Shown: positions 1-8,700 of the stretch, piece by piece
Position numbering within the stretch: the first letter of the stretch is position 1
How the letters are laid out: every line of letters begins with the position of its first letter
Assembly: GCF_001735745.1 (NCBI RefSeq)
Contig: NZ_CP017260.1
Span: forward strand, 2,040,001-2,072,000
Source of the DNA: Formosa sp. Hel1_33_131
GTDB taxonomy: Bacteria > Bacteroidota > Bacteroidia > Flavobacteriales > Flavobacteriaceae
DNA length: 32,000 nt
Direction: 5' to 3'
Position numbers and translations under genes: made by a program
The notes under the pieces: model-generated
Seen by the model: the letters and a program-made list of their open reading frames with translations, nothing else
Told to the model about the DNA's origin: nothing
Database searches by the model: none

Positions 1-4
1 ATGC

Positions 5-38
5 ATAAAAAAAACCTGACAAAAATTGCCAGGTTTTA
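5..38 (-). terminator. Rho-independent terminator downstream of rpsP
   Basis: AAAACCTG (11-18) pairs with CAGGTTTT (30-37). Read on the minus strand, the hairpin is followed by a T-run (complement of the A-run at 7-14). It lies 25 nt past the rpsP stop. Confidence 0.75.
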
Positions 39-62
39 AAGGTATAAAAAAATTTTATTTTT

Positions 63-683
63 TTATTTTTCTTCAGTAGCTGGTGCTTCTGGAGTCGCTT
101 CTTCAGTTGCAGGAGCCACTTCAACAGCTGGAGCTTCTTCAGCAGCAGCCTCAACAGCTGGAGCTTCCTCGGCAACAACTTCAGGTGCAGCTTCTTCAAC
201 AATAGGAGCCGCTTCTTCAATTACTTCTTCTACAACAGGTGCAGCAGCAGCAATACGTGCTTCATTGGTTGCTTTTTCAGCTTCAAATATTCTAGTAACT
301 TCAGCGTCTTTAGCTTTTTCTAAATCACTTTTCTTAGCATCTACTTTAGATGTTTTATCATCTACCCAAGCTTGAAACTTAGCTTCTGCTTGCTCTTCAG
401 TTAAAGCGCCTTTACGAACACCACCAACAAGGTGATTTTTCAACATTGCACCTCTGTAAGATAAAATTGACTTTGCAGTATCTGTAGGTTGTGCTCCATT
501 TTGAAGCCATTTTACAGTCCCGTCAATATCAAGTTCAATTTGTGCAGGGTTGAAGTTTGGATTGTAAGTTCCTAATTTCTCAAGGTATTTACCATCTCTT
601 TTTGAACGAGCATCGGCTGCTACGATCCAGTAAAAAGGTTTTCCTTTTTTACCGTGTCTTTGTAATCTAATTTTTACTGGCAT
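63..683 (-). CDS. rpsP: 30S ribosomal protein S16 with a long low-complexity acidic C-terminal extension
   Basis: The N-terminus MPVKIRLQRHGKKGKPFYWIVAADARSKRDGKYLEKLGTYNP is canonical S16. The C-terminal ~70 aa are Ala/Glu/Val/Pro repeats (EEAPAVE and similar). Confidence 0.95.
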   Translation of the reverse strand: MPVKIRLQRHGKKGKPFYWIVAADARSKRDGKYLEKLGTYNPNFNPAQIELDIDGTVKWLQNGAQPTDTAKSILSYRGAMLKNHLVGGVRKGALTEEQAEAKFQAWVDDKTSKVDAKKSDLEKAKDAEVTRIFEAEKATNEARIAAAAPVVEEVIEEAAPIVEEAAPEVVAEEAPAVEAAAEEAPAVEVAPATEEATPEAPATEEK

Positions 684-729
684 AATAATTAATTTGTGAG
701 GTTCTCGACCTCGGTTATTAATGAGAGCG

Positions 730-737
730 CAAATATA
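730..737 (-). promoter_or_regulatory. Bacteroidota-type -7 box (TATATTTG) for rpsP
   Basis: The plus strand reads CAAATATA, so the minus strand reads TATATTTG and matches TAnnTTTG. It is ~47 nt upstream of the rpsP ATG. The leader contains a GAGGT/ACCTC hairpin (~703-717). Confidence 0.5.
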
Positions 738-851
738 CTATATTTTTACTTTCTACAATCTTTTGTTTATTTTTTTTATACTTTTGAATCCAGATATCAA
801 AGTGACCGATTATTGATGAATTCTGTCCCTTTTTAAAAAAGAACTTTAGTT

Positions 852-1331
852 ATGAAAAAACTCCTCATGTCCCTACTTATAGTATTGACCCTTTTTGGGT
901 GTCAAGATAATATCCAATCGAGTTTACCTGCTTTGCAAGGTTTAAAAAACGGTGATTTCACATGGCGGTCTTCCGCATCTACAGTGGTGGTAGCTGCCGA
1001 TGGTACACTTACATTCACGGGATCGGATGGGTATGGAACCATGACGCTTCAAATCCCTACTGTGGCTTTAGGAACGTTTCCTTTAGGGGAAAATACCACG
1101 GCTTTAGTGACGTATTCTGAAGATGAATTTTCATATTCCACCAACAATAACGGCAATGCAAGCATTGTGTATGTGAGTGATGGTGCGATCATTATTGACG
1201 AACTAAATACAGTCACAGGAACCGTTACAGGTACTTTTTATTTTAATGCTTACACTGCCGACGGCGAACGCGTTATGAATTTTTCAGAAGGGGTGATTTA
1301 TAAATTGCCTGTTACGGAAGGAACGTTGTAG
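852..1331 (+). CDS. Hypothetical lipoprotein (possibly DUF6252-like)
   Basis: It has a signal peptide with a lipobox (MKKLLMSLLIVLTLFGC). The rest is beta-rich and Thr/Gly-rich. The family assignment is from memory only. Confidence 0.7.
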   Translation: MKKLLMSLLIVLTLFGCQDNIQSSLPALQGLKNGDFTWRSSASTVVVAADGTLTFTGSDGYGTMTLQIPTVALGTFPLGENTTALVTYSEDEFSYSTNNNGNASIVYVSDGAIIIDELNTVTGTVTGTFYFNAYTADGERVMNFSEGVIYKLPVTEGTL

Positions 1332-1351
1332 GGGGTATTTCGCTAAGTCGG

Positions 1352-1433
1352 GAAATCGAAGATTCGACGCAGTCAAACTTTGCAAGAAATTGGTGTCACA
1401 CGAAGGGATAGACTTCGTCGAATCTTCGATTTC
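1352..1433. repeat. Long inverted repeat (hairpin) between convergent genes
   Basis: GAAATCGAAGATTCGACG (1352-1369) is the exact reverse complement of 1416-1433. The arms extend to 23 bp with one mismatch (1352-1374 / 1411-1433). There is no flanking T-run. Confidence 0.85.
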
Positions 1434-1448
1434 GTGCATGAACGGGCG

Positions 1449-1895
1449 TTAACTGGTTTGTTTTATTCTGCAAGAACATTCGTGATGCTCGTTAATGTAT
1501 TTAATTGATTCTATGCAGAGTTCTTTTAAAACCGAAATATTGATGTCAGAAAGTCTTTTCACATAAACACAAGCCTTTCCCATTTTGAATTTACCGAGTT
1601 CAGCTAATAATAATTCACTTTTTTTTGTATCAGAATAAACGTAGAGCGAGAACGCTACTTTTCTCGGTGAAAATCCAAGAACTGGCGCATCGCCTTCGTG
1701 TCCGCTTGCATATTTGTAATGGTAGTTGTCGAATCCGATAATTGTCGGCCCCCACATTTTGGGTTCAGCATTAGACCATTCCTGCATCAATTCGATCAAA
1801 CGAAAACTATCCACTTTTTTCTGTTCGTTATCAACGTATGAGTTTATGAAATCAGTGACGTTTTCTCCTGTGTAAGTTGTCTTTGTTTTGGCCAT
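1449..1895 (-). CDS. DUF1801 (YdhG-like) domain protein
   Basis: This is a 148-aa ORF. The N-terminal pattern VTDFINSYVDNEQKKVDSFRLIELMQE and the overall layout recall DUF1801 proteins. Recognition is from memory. Confidence 0.7.
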   Translation of the reverse strand: MAKTKTTYTGENVTDFINSYVDNEQKKVDSFRLIELMQEWSNAEPKMWGPTIIGFDNYHYKYASGHEGDAPVLGFSPRKVAFSLYVYSDTKKSELLLAELGKFKMGKACVYVKRLSDINISVLKELCIESIKYINEHHECSCRIKQTS

Positions 1896-1909
1896 AATTC
1901 CGATTTTGA

Positions 1910-2278
1910 TTATTGCCTTAAAATTTTTTCCATCTTTCTACCTTTTGCCAATTCATCAATTAGCTTTTCCATACGTCTGCATTGTTTATACAATTCAAAT
2001 TCATCCTCTATTTCTTCAATTCGATACCCACAAACGACTCCTTTAATCAAGTGTGCGTTTGGATGTATTTTAGCTTTTTGAAAAAATGTTCTAAAAGTTA
2101 CTTTATCGTCGATAAGTGCTTGTAATTTACCTTCATCAAATCCAGTTAACCATTCGATTACTTGGTTTAGTTCATCCTTGGTTCTTCCATTTTTTACCAA
2201 TCTATTCAGGTAAAGTGGATAAATAGATGCAAATATCATTTTTGCAACTTTTTCATTTTTTTCGGCTGTTACTTTCAT
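1910..2278 (-). CDS. DUF2200 domain protein
   Basis: This is a 122-aa ORF. MIFASIYPLYLNRLVKNGRTKDELNQVIEWLTGF matches my memory of the conserved DUF2200 N-terminus. Confidence 0.7.
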   Translation of the reverse strand: MKVTAEKNEKVAKMIFASIYPLYLNRLVKNGRTKDELNQVIEWLTGFDEGKLQALIDDKVTFRTFFQKAKIHPNAHLIKGVVCGYRIEEIEDEFELYKQCRRMEKLIDELAKGRKMEKILRQ

Positions 2279-2301
2279 CTTTATTTGATTTTGACTTATT
2301 T

Positions 2302-2352
2302 GGTGCTAACGCCGCGTTATACGCCGCGACGTTTTGGGTTTTGAGTTAAAGG
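2302..2352 (+). repeat. Cassette-boundary repeat, copy A (arm-spacer-arm core at 2308-2333)
   Basis: The core is AACGCCGCG / TTATACGC / CGCGACGTT, and the arms are complementary at 8 of 9 positions. It is ~81% identical to copy B over 47 ungapped positions (manual alignment). Confidence 0.8.
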
Positions 2353-2460
2353 CATCACGAATATGAGCGAAACAATGCCCGAGTGCACAGCAAACAAGGA
2401 CGTTATATGAAGCGAAAACGTCAAAGCACCGTAGAACCTGTTTTTGGAACGCTCACTCAG
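2353..2460 (+). pseudogene. Relic of a DDE transposase C-terminal region (IS1182/IS5-like)
   Basis: The in-frame translation ...GRYMKRKRQSTVEPVFGTLTQ carries the VEPVFGTLTQ motif typical of Bacteroidota DDE transposases. The fragment has no start codon, begins after a stop at 2347-2349, and loses similarity after 2460. Confidence 0.5.
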
Positions 2461-2622
2461 AAACTGGTAAGAAGTGAGGCAAAATCACTTGCTTTTGTTT
2501 TTTTTAGAAATACCCCTCTTTATAAAGGTGTTTTGGTCTAGCGTAAGCCCTTCGAAAAAACAATACAGTACACTCATTTTTTAGTAAGGCATCTCATACA
2601 TCGACTTGAAAAGGAAGATTTT

Positions 2623-3591
2623 TCACTTTTTTAGAGGACTTGTACAACGGTTACCGTTGTTATCACACGTCTTAGTCATTATTATTTTGTTATAACTATG
2701 TGTTTTTTTCATAATTGTATAGGGCATTATAATTCCAGAAATAGAATTTCTAACCAAATAAGAAGGCAGGCATAAAAGAATCATTTTAGCTAAAAATTTA
2801 TTTTTCAAATATTTTTTAGAACCTTTATAAAGTCTTTTAAGATTTGGCATAATTGCTAATGATTTATCTTCATTGGTGTTTATTTCAAAACCTTTTATTT
2901 TAGAGACTTCTATCCAATATGAAATCTTATGAAATTTATTTACAGCGAGAGCTTTTTCACATAATGACACACTTTCTTTCATTAAATGACTCTTACCTTC
3001 AATATCTGTAACTCTAAAAGCATCATAGATAATAAACTTACCTCCTTTTTTAAGAATTCTGTTAACTTCTTTCATCAAAATTTCTATATTTTCAGAATGA
3101 CAAAGAGTTTCCACTGCAAAAACTATATCAAAGGAATTATCATTAAATGGAATATCTTGAAAACTTCCATAATTAAAATTTAAATTATCAAATTGTTTCT
3201 CTTTTTTCTTCGCATAATTTAGCTGTGTTTCTGAAATATCAATACCATAAAACTTAGAAAAGTTGTGCTTTTCTGCTAATATTTTCGAGTTAAATCCTTT
3301 TCCGCACCCAAGTTCTAGAACTTTATTATTTTTTTTTACTAAGTGACTAATTTCAACTGCTTGTGTATAATACCCTTCAATATTATAAATTCCATCATAA
3401 TTTATAGCCATATGAACAGACCCTTCTTTTGAATGAAAGAGACTGAAGGCTAAGCTACTATATTTATAGTATTTCTTAATTATTGAATCATCAATTTTTT
3501 GTTTTTTAAAGGAATTCAAATTAAAAACGTTTTTAATGCTAATTAAATCGTTTAATAAATTATCTTCTTTCTGAAAATGTTTGTTATCCAT
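2623..3591 (-). CDS. Class I SAM-dependent methyltransferase
   Basis: It has motif I VLELGCGKGFNS and a post-I/II pattern (FYGIDIS ... FDIVFAVETLCH ... GGKFIIYD). The gene is very AT-rich; two 60-nt lines I counted were 22% and 32% GC. Confidence 0.85.
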   Translation of the reverse strand: MDNKHFQKEDNLLNDLISIKNVFNLNSFKKQKIDDSIIKKYYKYSSLAFSLFHSKEGSVHMAINYDGIYNIEGYYTQAVEISHLVKKNNKVLELGCGKGFNSKILAEKHNFSKFYGIDISETQLNYAKKKEKQFDNLNFNYGSFQDIPFNDNSFDIVFAVETLCHSENIEILMKEVNRILKKGGKFIIYDAFRVTDIEGKSHLMKESVSLCEKALAVNKFHKISYWIEVSKIKGFEINTNEDKSLAIMPNLKRLYKGSKKYLKNKFLAKMILLCLPSYLVRNSISGIIMPYTIMKKTHSYNKIIMTKTCDNNGNRCTSPLKK

Positions 3592-3612
3592 ATAGCTTGT
3601 CTGTTTGTATGT

Positions 3613-3662
3613 GTGGTAACGCCGTGCTATACGCAGTGACGTTCTGGTTTTTGAATTTATGC
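3613..3662 (+). repeat. Cassette-boundary repeat, copy B (core at 3618-3643)
   Basis: The core is AACGCCGTG / CTATACGC / AGTGACGTT. The 39-bp block 3624-3662 differs from copy C at only 2 positions. Confidence 0.85.
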
Positions 3663-3863
3663 ATCTTTGATGCGATTAATTAAAAAGACAAAAAATAGTA
3701 TCAAATTACGTTGTAGCGACTTGATATGCACTGTTTTGTTCGATACTACCTCAAGGTAATAAATAGCTATTTACCTAACTCCTACAACGACCGCTATTTG
3801 GTAGAGCGCGGCGATGAAGCGTAGCTTGTGTTAACTCCTGGCATTCTCATAAGCTTTGTTCTT

Positions 3864-5033
3864 TTAGTAATTTAATCCAAATGCCCATAGAGGAATTACG
3901 TTTAAGTACCCAAATTCAATATCATCCTTTACTACAAATGATTTTCCATCTTTCTCAATTTGTTTTTGGTGTTTGTTTTTACCTCCAACTTCAAACGTAT
4001 AATTATCAATGGAAAAATCAGCTTTTTTTGAAGAAATCACATCATTTTTAAGTCGCATTTGATTAAAGAAAAAGGTTTCTCGTAAATTTCCTGCATTTGA
4101 TTTTTCTCCAGCCAAATTAAAAATGATATTAGTATTATCTAAATAAACTTTATCAACTTTTCCCAATCCACGAATACCACTTGTGTCATTTCTCAACTGC
4201 CCTATAAGTCCCGCCTTTTCCATATAAGAGAAATAATCGTCTAAAGAATTTCTACTTACATTAATGATTTTTGAAATCTTGGAAAAATTAGGTTTAAATG
4301 GTACACTTTCAGCAATAATAGAAAGCAATTGTTTTAGCTTACGACTTGTTCCAACATTAAGGTTTGCATATTGTGGAATATCTGTTTCTAAGGTTTGTAC
4401 AATGATTTGTCCTAAACGTAAATTCATCTCACTTTCATTTCCAAAAGGATAGTATCCATTTAGTAGATAGTCATTAAATAATGGTAGCGGGTGTTTAATG
4501 TTTTCAAGTTTCACTTCGTTATTGATTATTTGTTCTAACGAATAAACTCCTATTTCGTAATTATGAAAATAGTTTAAATATTCCCGAAATGAGAGACCTT
4601 GTAATTTGTAAATTAAAGCACGGCGACTTAAGTCTGCTGAACCTTTTAGTATATCAAGAACCGACGAGCCTGTAAATACAACCTTTAAAGTAGGATATGA
4701 ATCATAAATATTTTTTAATTCACGCGACCAATCATTGTATTTGTGTATTTCATCGATGAATAAATACTCACCTGCATTTTTATAGAAGTCATCAGCCAAT
4801 TCAGTAAGTTTATTTTCACTGAAATACATGTCATCTGCAGATACATACAATGCTTTTTTATTGTCTAAATTTTCTTTGATATATTGAAGAATCATGGTCG
4901 TTTTACCAACTCCACGAGGACCAATAATTCCGACCATACGACTATCCCAAGAAATTTTCTCGTACAGATAACGTTTAAAATCTGTGGTTGTATTTTGTAA
5001 AAGTGTTTCAAATTTCTGATAAAGTATTCTCAT
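3864..5033 (-). CDS. AAA-family ATPase with a DUF4143-type C-terminal domain (COG1373-like)
   Basis: It has a Walker A motif GPRGVGKTT and a Walker B motif LFIDEIHKY. The length and C-terminal region are typical of AAA_14 + DUF4143 proteins. The gene is AT-rich. Confidence 0.85.
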   Translation of the reverse strand: MRILYQKFETLLQNTTTDFKRYLYEKISWDSRMVGIIGPRGVGKTTMILQYIKENLDNKKALYVSADDMYFSENKLTELADDFYKNAGEYLFIDEIHKYNDWSRELKNIYDSYPTLKVVFTGSSVLDILKGSADLSRRALIYKLQGLSFREYLNYFHNYEIGVYSLEQIINNEVKLENIKHPLPLFNDYLLNGYYPFGNESEMNLRLGQIIVQTLETDIPQYANLNVGTSRKLKQLLSIIAESVPFKPNFSKISKIINVSRNSLDDYFSYMEKAGLIGQLRNDTSGIRGLGKVDKVYLDNTNIIFNLAGEKSNAGNLRETFFFNQMRLKNDVISSKKADFSIDNYTFEVGGKNKHQKQIEKDGKSFVVKDDIEFGYLNVIPLWAFGLNY

Positions 5034-5054
5034 GGCTTCGCAAGTTATAGTTCA

Positions 5055-5062
5055 CAAAGATA
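5055..5062 (-). promoter_or_regulatory. -7 box TATCTTTG for the ATPase gene
   Basis: The minus strand reads TATCTTTG and matches TAnnTTTG. It is 22 nt upstream of the ATG at 5033. Confidence 0.5.
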
Positions 5063-5274
5063 CAAAATGCACATCGAAATCAACAATTATTTTAATTAAT
5101 GCTCAAACAGAAGTGCAATTAATTGTTTTTTTACTTGGATTGTCAATGACAAGAAAATAATAAACGTCAAACTTATTAGTGTGGTATATTTTCCTTTTGA
5201 ACTATTTTTAGCACCAAAAAAATGAGCCACTTTCTTTAGAACTTCCCCGTGATGTTTTCAGCCTTTTTTAGTTT

Positions 5275-5319
5275 ATCCCCGCGCTATACGCAGTGACGTT
5301 CTGGATTTTGAATTTATGC
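5275..5319 (+). repeat. Cassette-boundary repeat, copy C (core at 5275-5300)
   Basis: The core is ATCCCCGCG / CTATACGC / AGTGACGTT. The spacer, right arm and next ~19 bp are almost identical to copy B (one substitution). The left arm differs (7 of 9 identical to copy A). Confidence 0.85.
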
Positions 5320-5759
5320 GGTCTTATTAGTATATTTTTCATTCAACTTTCACTAATTTTAAACCTGTACTTTCCTGCAAACTGCCCACAGCTTCGCTAG
5401 TGAGAGTCCCATTTAAAAATAAAGAGACTCTACAAAGAGGTGCAATTGTCAGTGGCCCCTCATCTTACTTTTGGTCAAATGGCTTTTATGAAGATTCAGA
5501 TTTGGGGACTAAAATCAGTTAAACCTATAAAATAAATATCAAACACCCAAAAAAACATCAAATTTTAACATAAATAATTGATTGTGTTCAATTTATGTTT
5601 TAAATCATGAAACAAGAGTGAATTATGTTACAATATTTTATCGTCTTTATGTTCACAATAAGCCTGTATGAATTTGTTCATAATTATTAGTTGGTAGGGC
5701 CACACAAACCCCTAAATAGTTTTATATTTAGGATTCCGTTTATAGCTTATAACACACCT

Positions 5760-8700
5760 ATGTATTTAATTTTTGATACCGAAACTACCGGCTTGCCAAA
5801 GCGTTGGAATGCGCCCATTAACGACGTTGATAATTGGCCTCGCTGCATCCAGATTGCATGGCAATTGCATGACGACCTCGGAAACTGTATCGAGCATCAA
5901 GATTATTTAATACGCCCCGACGGCTTCAATATCCCTTACGATGCCGAAAAAATTCACGGCATCTCCACAGAATTAGCAACCGAGCAAGGTTTGGCACTTT
6001 CCGAAGTGTTGGAATTATTCAATGTCGCACTCTCCAAAACCACCTTTGTGGTAGGTCAAAATTTAGGTTTTGATTTGAACATTATGGGCTGTGAGTTTCA
6101 CCGACTGCAAGTTGCATCGCCTTTGAGTGAGCTGCCCGTTTTAGATACTTGTACCGAAAAAACCGCGTCCATGTGTCAGATTCCTGGCGGACGCGGAGGG
6201 AAGTTCAAATTGCCAACGCTGACGGAATTGCACCAGTTTTTATTTCATAAACCCTTTGGAGAGGCGCACAATGCCACCGCTGATGTAGAAGCCACTACCC
6301 GTTGTTTTTTAGAATTGATTCGACGTAAAGAATTTACGATTGACAAGCTGCAAGCAACCAACGATTATTACGAGCGCTTTCAGTTAGAAAATCCAGAGGA
6401 GATCACTCCGATTGGTTTAAAACATGTCAACCTCAAACAAGAATCCGCTAAAATTGCGGCGCGAATCCAACAAGAAAAAGAGTCGGTAACTCCTCAAAAA
6501 ATTACGACGGAAGTTCCGGAAATCCTCAACGATGCGGAAGTGGTACATTTGCATAACCATTCTCAGTTTTCAGTCTTACAATCGACCATCAGTATCAAGA
6601 ATTTAGTTGCCGCAGCATCGGATAATGAGATGCCAGCCGTCGCCCTTACCGATCATGGAAACATGATGGGAGCCTTTCATTTTGTCAAAGAAATAGGCAA
6701 CTATAACAGAGACATTCGCGAAAAAAATAAACTTGCCTTAGAAGCTAATGAACCTGCGGATGCACAAGAAATTAAAGGAATTGTAGGCTGTGAATTTTTC
6801 GTCTGTGAAGACCATACCAACAAATCTCAAAAAGACAATGGCTACCAAGTCGTCTTTTTAGCAAAAACCAAAAAAGGCTATCACAACTTAGTAAAAATGT
6901 CGTCCAAGGCCTATACCGATGGTTTTTATTATTTACCAAGAATTGACCGAACTATCGTCGAAACCTACAAAGAAGATTTAATTGTTCTGACGGGAAACTT
7001 ATACGGCGAAGTGCCATCCAAAATATTAAATGTTGGCGAGCGTCAAGCCGAAGAAGCCCTCTTGTGGTGGAAAGAGAAATTTGGAGCGGATTTGTATGTG
7101 GAGCTCATGCGCCACAAACAAGAAGATGAAGACCGTGTCAATCCTGTTTTGATCAGTCTCGCCCAAAAACATGCCATCAAATTAGTAGCAACCAATAACA
7201 CCTATTACATCAATCAAGAAGATGCCAATGCGCATGATATTTTGTTGTGTGTAAAAGATGGCGAAAAGCAAGCCACCCCCATAGGTCGTGGTCGTGGATA
7301 CCGTTATGGATTGCCAAATCAAGAGTATTATTTCAAATCTTCGGAGGAAATGAAGTCACTTTTTAAAGATGTTCCCGAGGCGATTGTGAACATTCAAGAA
7401 GTGGTCGATAAAATTGAACCTTATGAATTGGCACGGGATGTTTTACTACCGAAGTTCGACATTCCTCAAGAATTCGTCAATCCAGCGGATGCTGTGGATG
7501 GCAGTAACTTTGGTGAAAATGCGTATTTAAGACATTTGACTTATATAGGGGCCGAAAAACGCTATGGAGAACTCACAGATGACATAAAAGAACGTCTTGA
7601 TTTTGAGTTAAAAACCATTGAAAACACCGGCTATCCAGGGTATTTTCTAATTGTAGAAGATTTTATTCGGGTGGCACGTTCCATGGATGTATCGGTAGGA
7701 CCCGGCCGTGGATCGGCAGCAGGTTCTGTGGTTGCCTATTGCCTTTGGATCACCAATATTGACCCCATCAAATACGATTTACTTTTTGAGCGTTTCTTAA
7801 ATCCAGATCGTGTGAGCATGCCCGATATCGATATTGATTTTGACGATGAAGGCCGTGGTCGCGTCATGGATTATGTCATCCAAAAATATGGATCGAGTCA
7901 AGTGGCTCAAATTATTACGTATGGTACGATGGCTGCCAAATCGTCTATTAGAGATACCGCTCGAGTATTGGATTTACCATTAGGAGATGCCGATCGTATT
8001 GCGAAGTTGATTCCCAATATGGCGAAGCTGCACAAAATTTTTAACACCCCTGAAAAGGAGTTGAAAGCGAAATTCAGATCCGAAGATATGGAGCTGATCA
8101 ATCAGTTGCTCAATTTGTCCGATGGCGACGACTTGGAAGCTGAAACGATCAATCAGGCGCAAGTGTTGGAAGGTTCGCTTAGAAATACAGGAATTCATGC
8201 TTGTGGGGTGATTATTACGCCCGGAGATATTACCAATTACGTACCCATTGCCACCGCCAAAGATTCCGATCTTTACGTGACCCAGTTTGACAACTCCGTG
8301 GTAGAAGATGCAGGACTGTTAAAAATGGATTTCTTAGGCTTAAAAACCTTAACACTTATAAAAGACACTGTTAAAATTGTCAAAGCAAAACACGACATCA
8401 CACTGGATCCCGATCATTTTCCGTTGGATGACGAATTGACTTATGAATTATTCCAACGCGGGGAGACTGTCGGTGTATTTCAGTATGAATCTCCGGGAAT
8501 GCAAAAGCACATGCGAGACTTGAAACCCACTGTTTTTGCAGATTTAATTGCAATGAATGCCTTGTATCGACCGGGTCCAATTGAATACATTCCTAGTTTT
8601 ATTCGTCGGAAACAAGGCGATGAAGAGATTAGCTATGACCTTCCAGAAATGGAAGAATACCTGAAAGAAACTTATGGGATTACGGTGTACCAAGAGCAAG

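Noticed and set aside
63-290. The repetitive Ala/Glu/Pro/Val tail of S16 as a possible fused or novel domain.
   Set aside because: As far as I know, long low-complexity C-terminal extensions of S16 are common in Bacteroidota. The frame is continuous with a canonical S16 core, so this is lineage-typical rather than novel.
2986-4452. Plus-strand ORFs 2986-3183 and 4264-4452 inside the methyltransferase and ATPase genes.
   Set aside because: Open frames arise easily by chance in AT-rich antisense sequence, and these have no supporting signals.
5140-5152. The palindrome TTGTCA-a-TGACAA upstream of the ATPase gene as a candidate operator.
   Set aside because: It is a single 6-1-6 palindrome in AT-rich intergenic DNA, which is within chance expectation. 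I saw no second copy or partner regulator.
2308-5319. Whether the three cassette-boundary repeats are classical integron attC sites (a CALIN-type array).
   Set aside because: The symmetric part is only ~26 bp, whereas attC sites are roughly 57 bp or more. The ends do not match the R''/R' consensus RYYYAAC / GTTRRRY; the observed ends are GTTAGCA and GTTACCA. No intI or attI is visible. I kept the broader recombination-site hypothesis but dropped the specific attC label.
5691-5759. N-terminal extensions from alternative TTG or upstream starts given by the ORF track for dnaE (5691), DUF58 (10618), fic2 (13891), metG (28275) and the LD-carboxypeptidase (28311).
   Set aside because: In each case a downstream ATG follows a TAnnTTTG box or begins the conserved protein sequence. 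The extension overlaps a terminator (10618), a promoter (13891, 28275) or the divergent neighbouring gene (28311).
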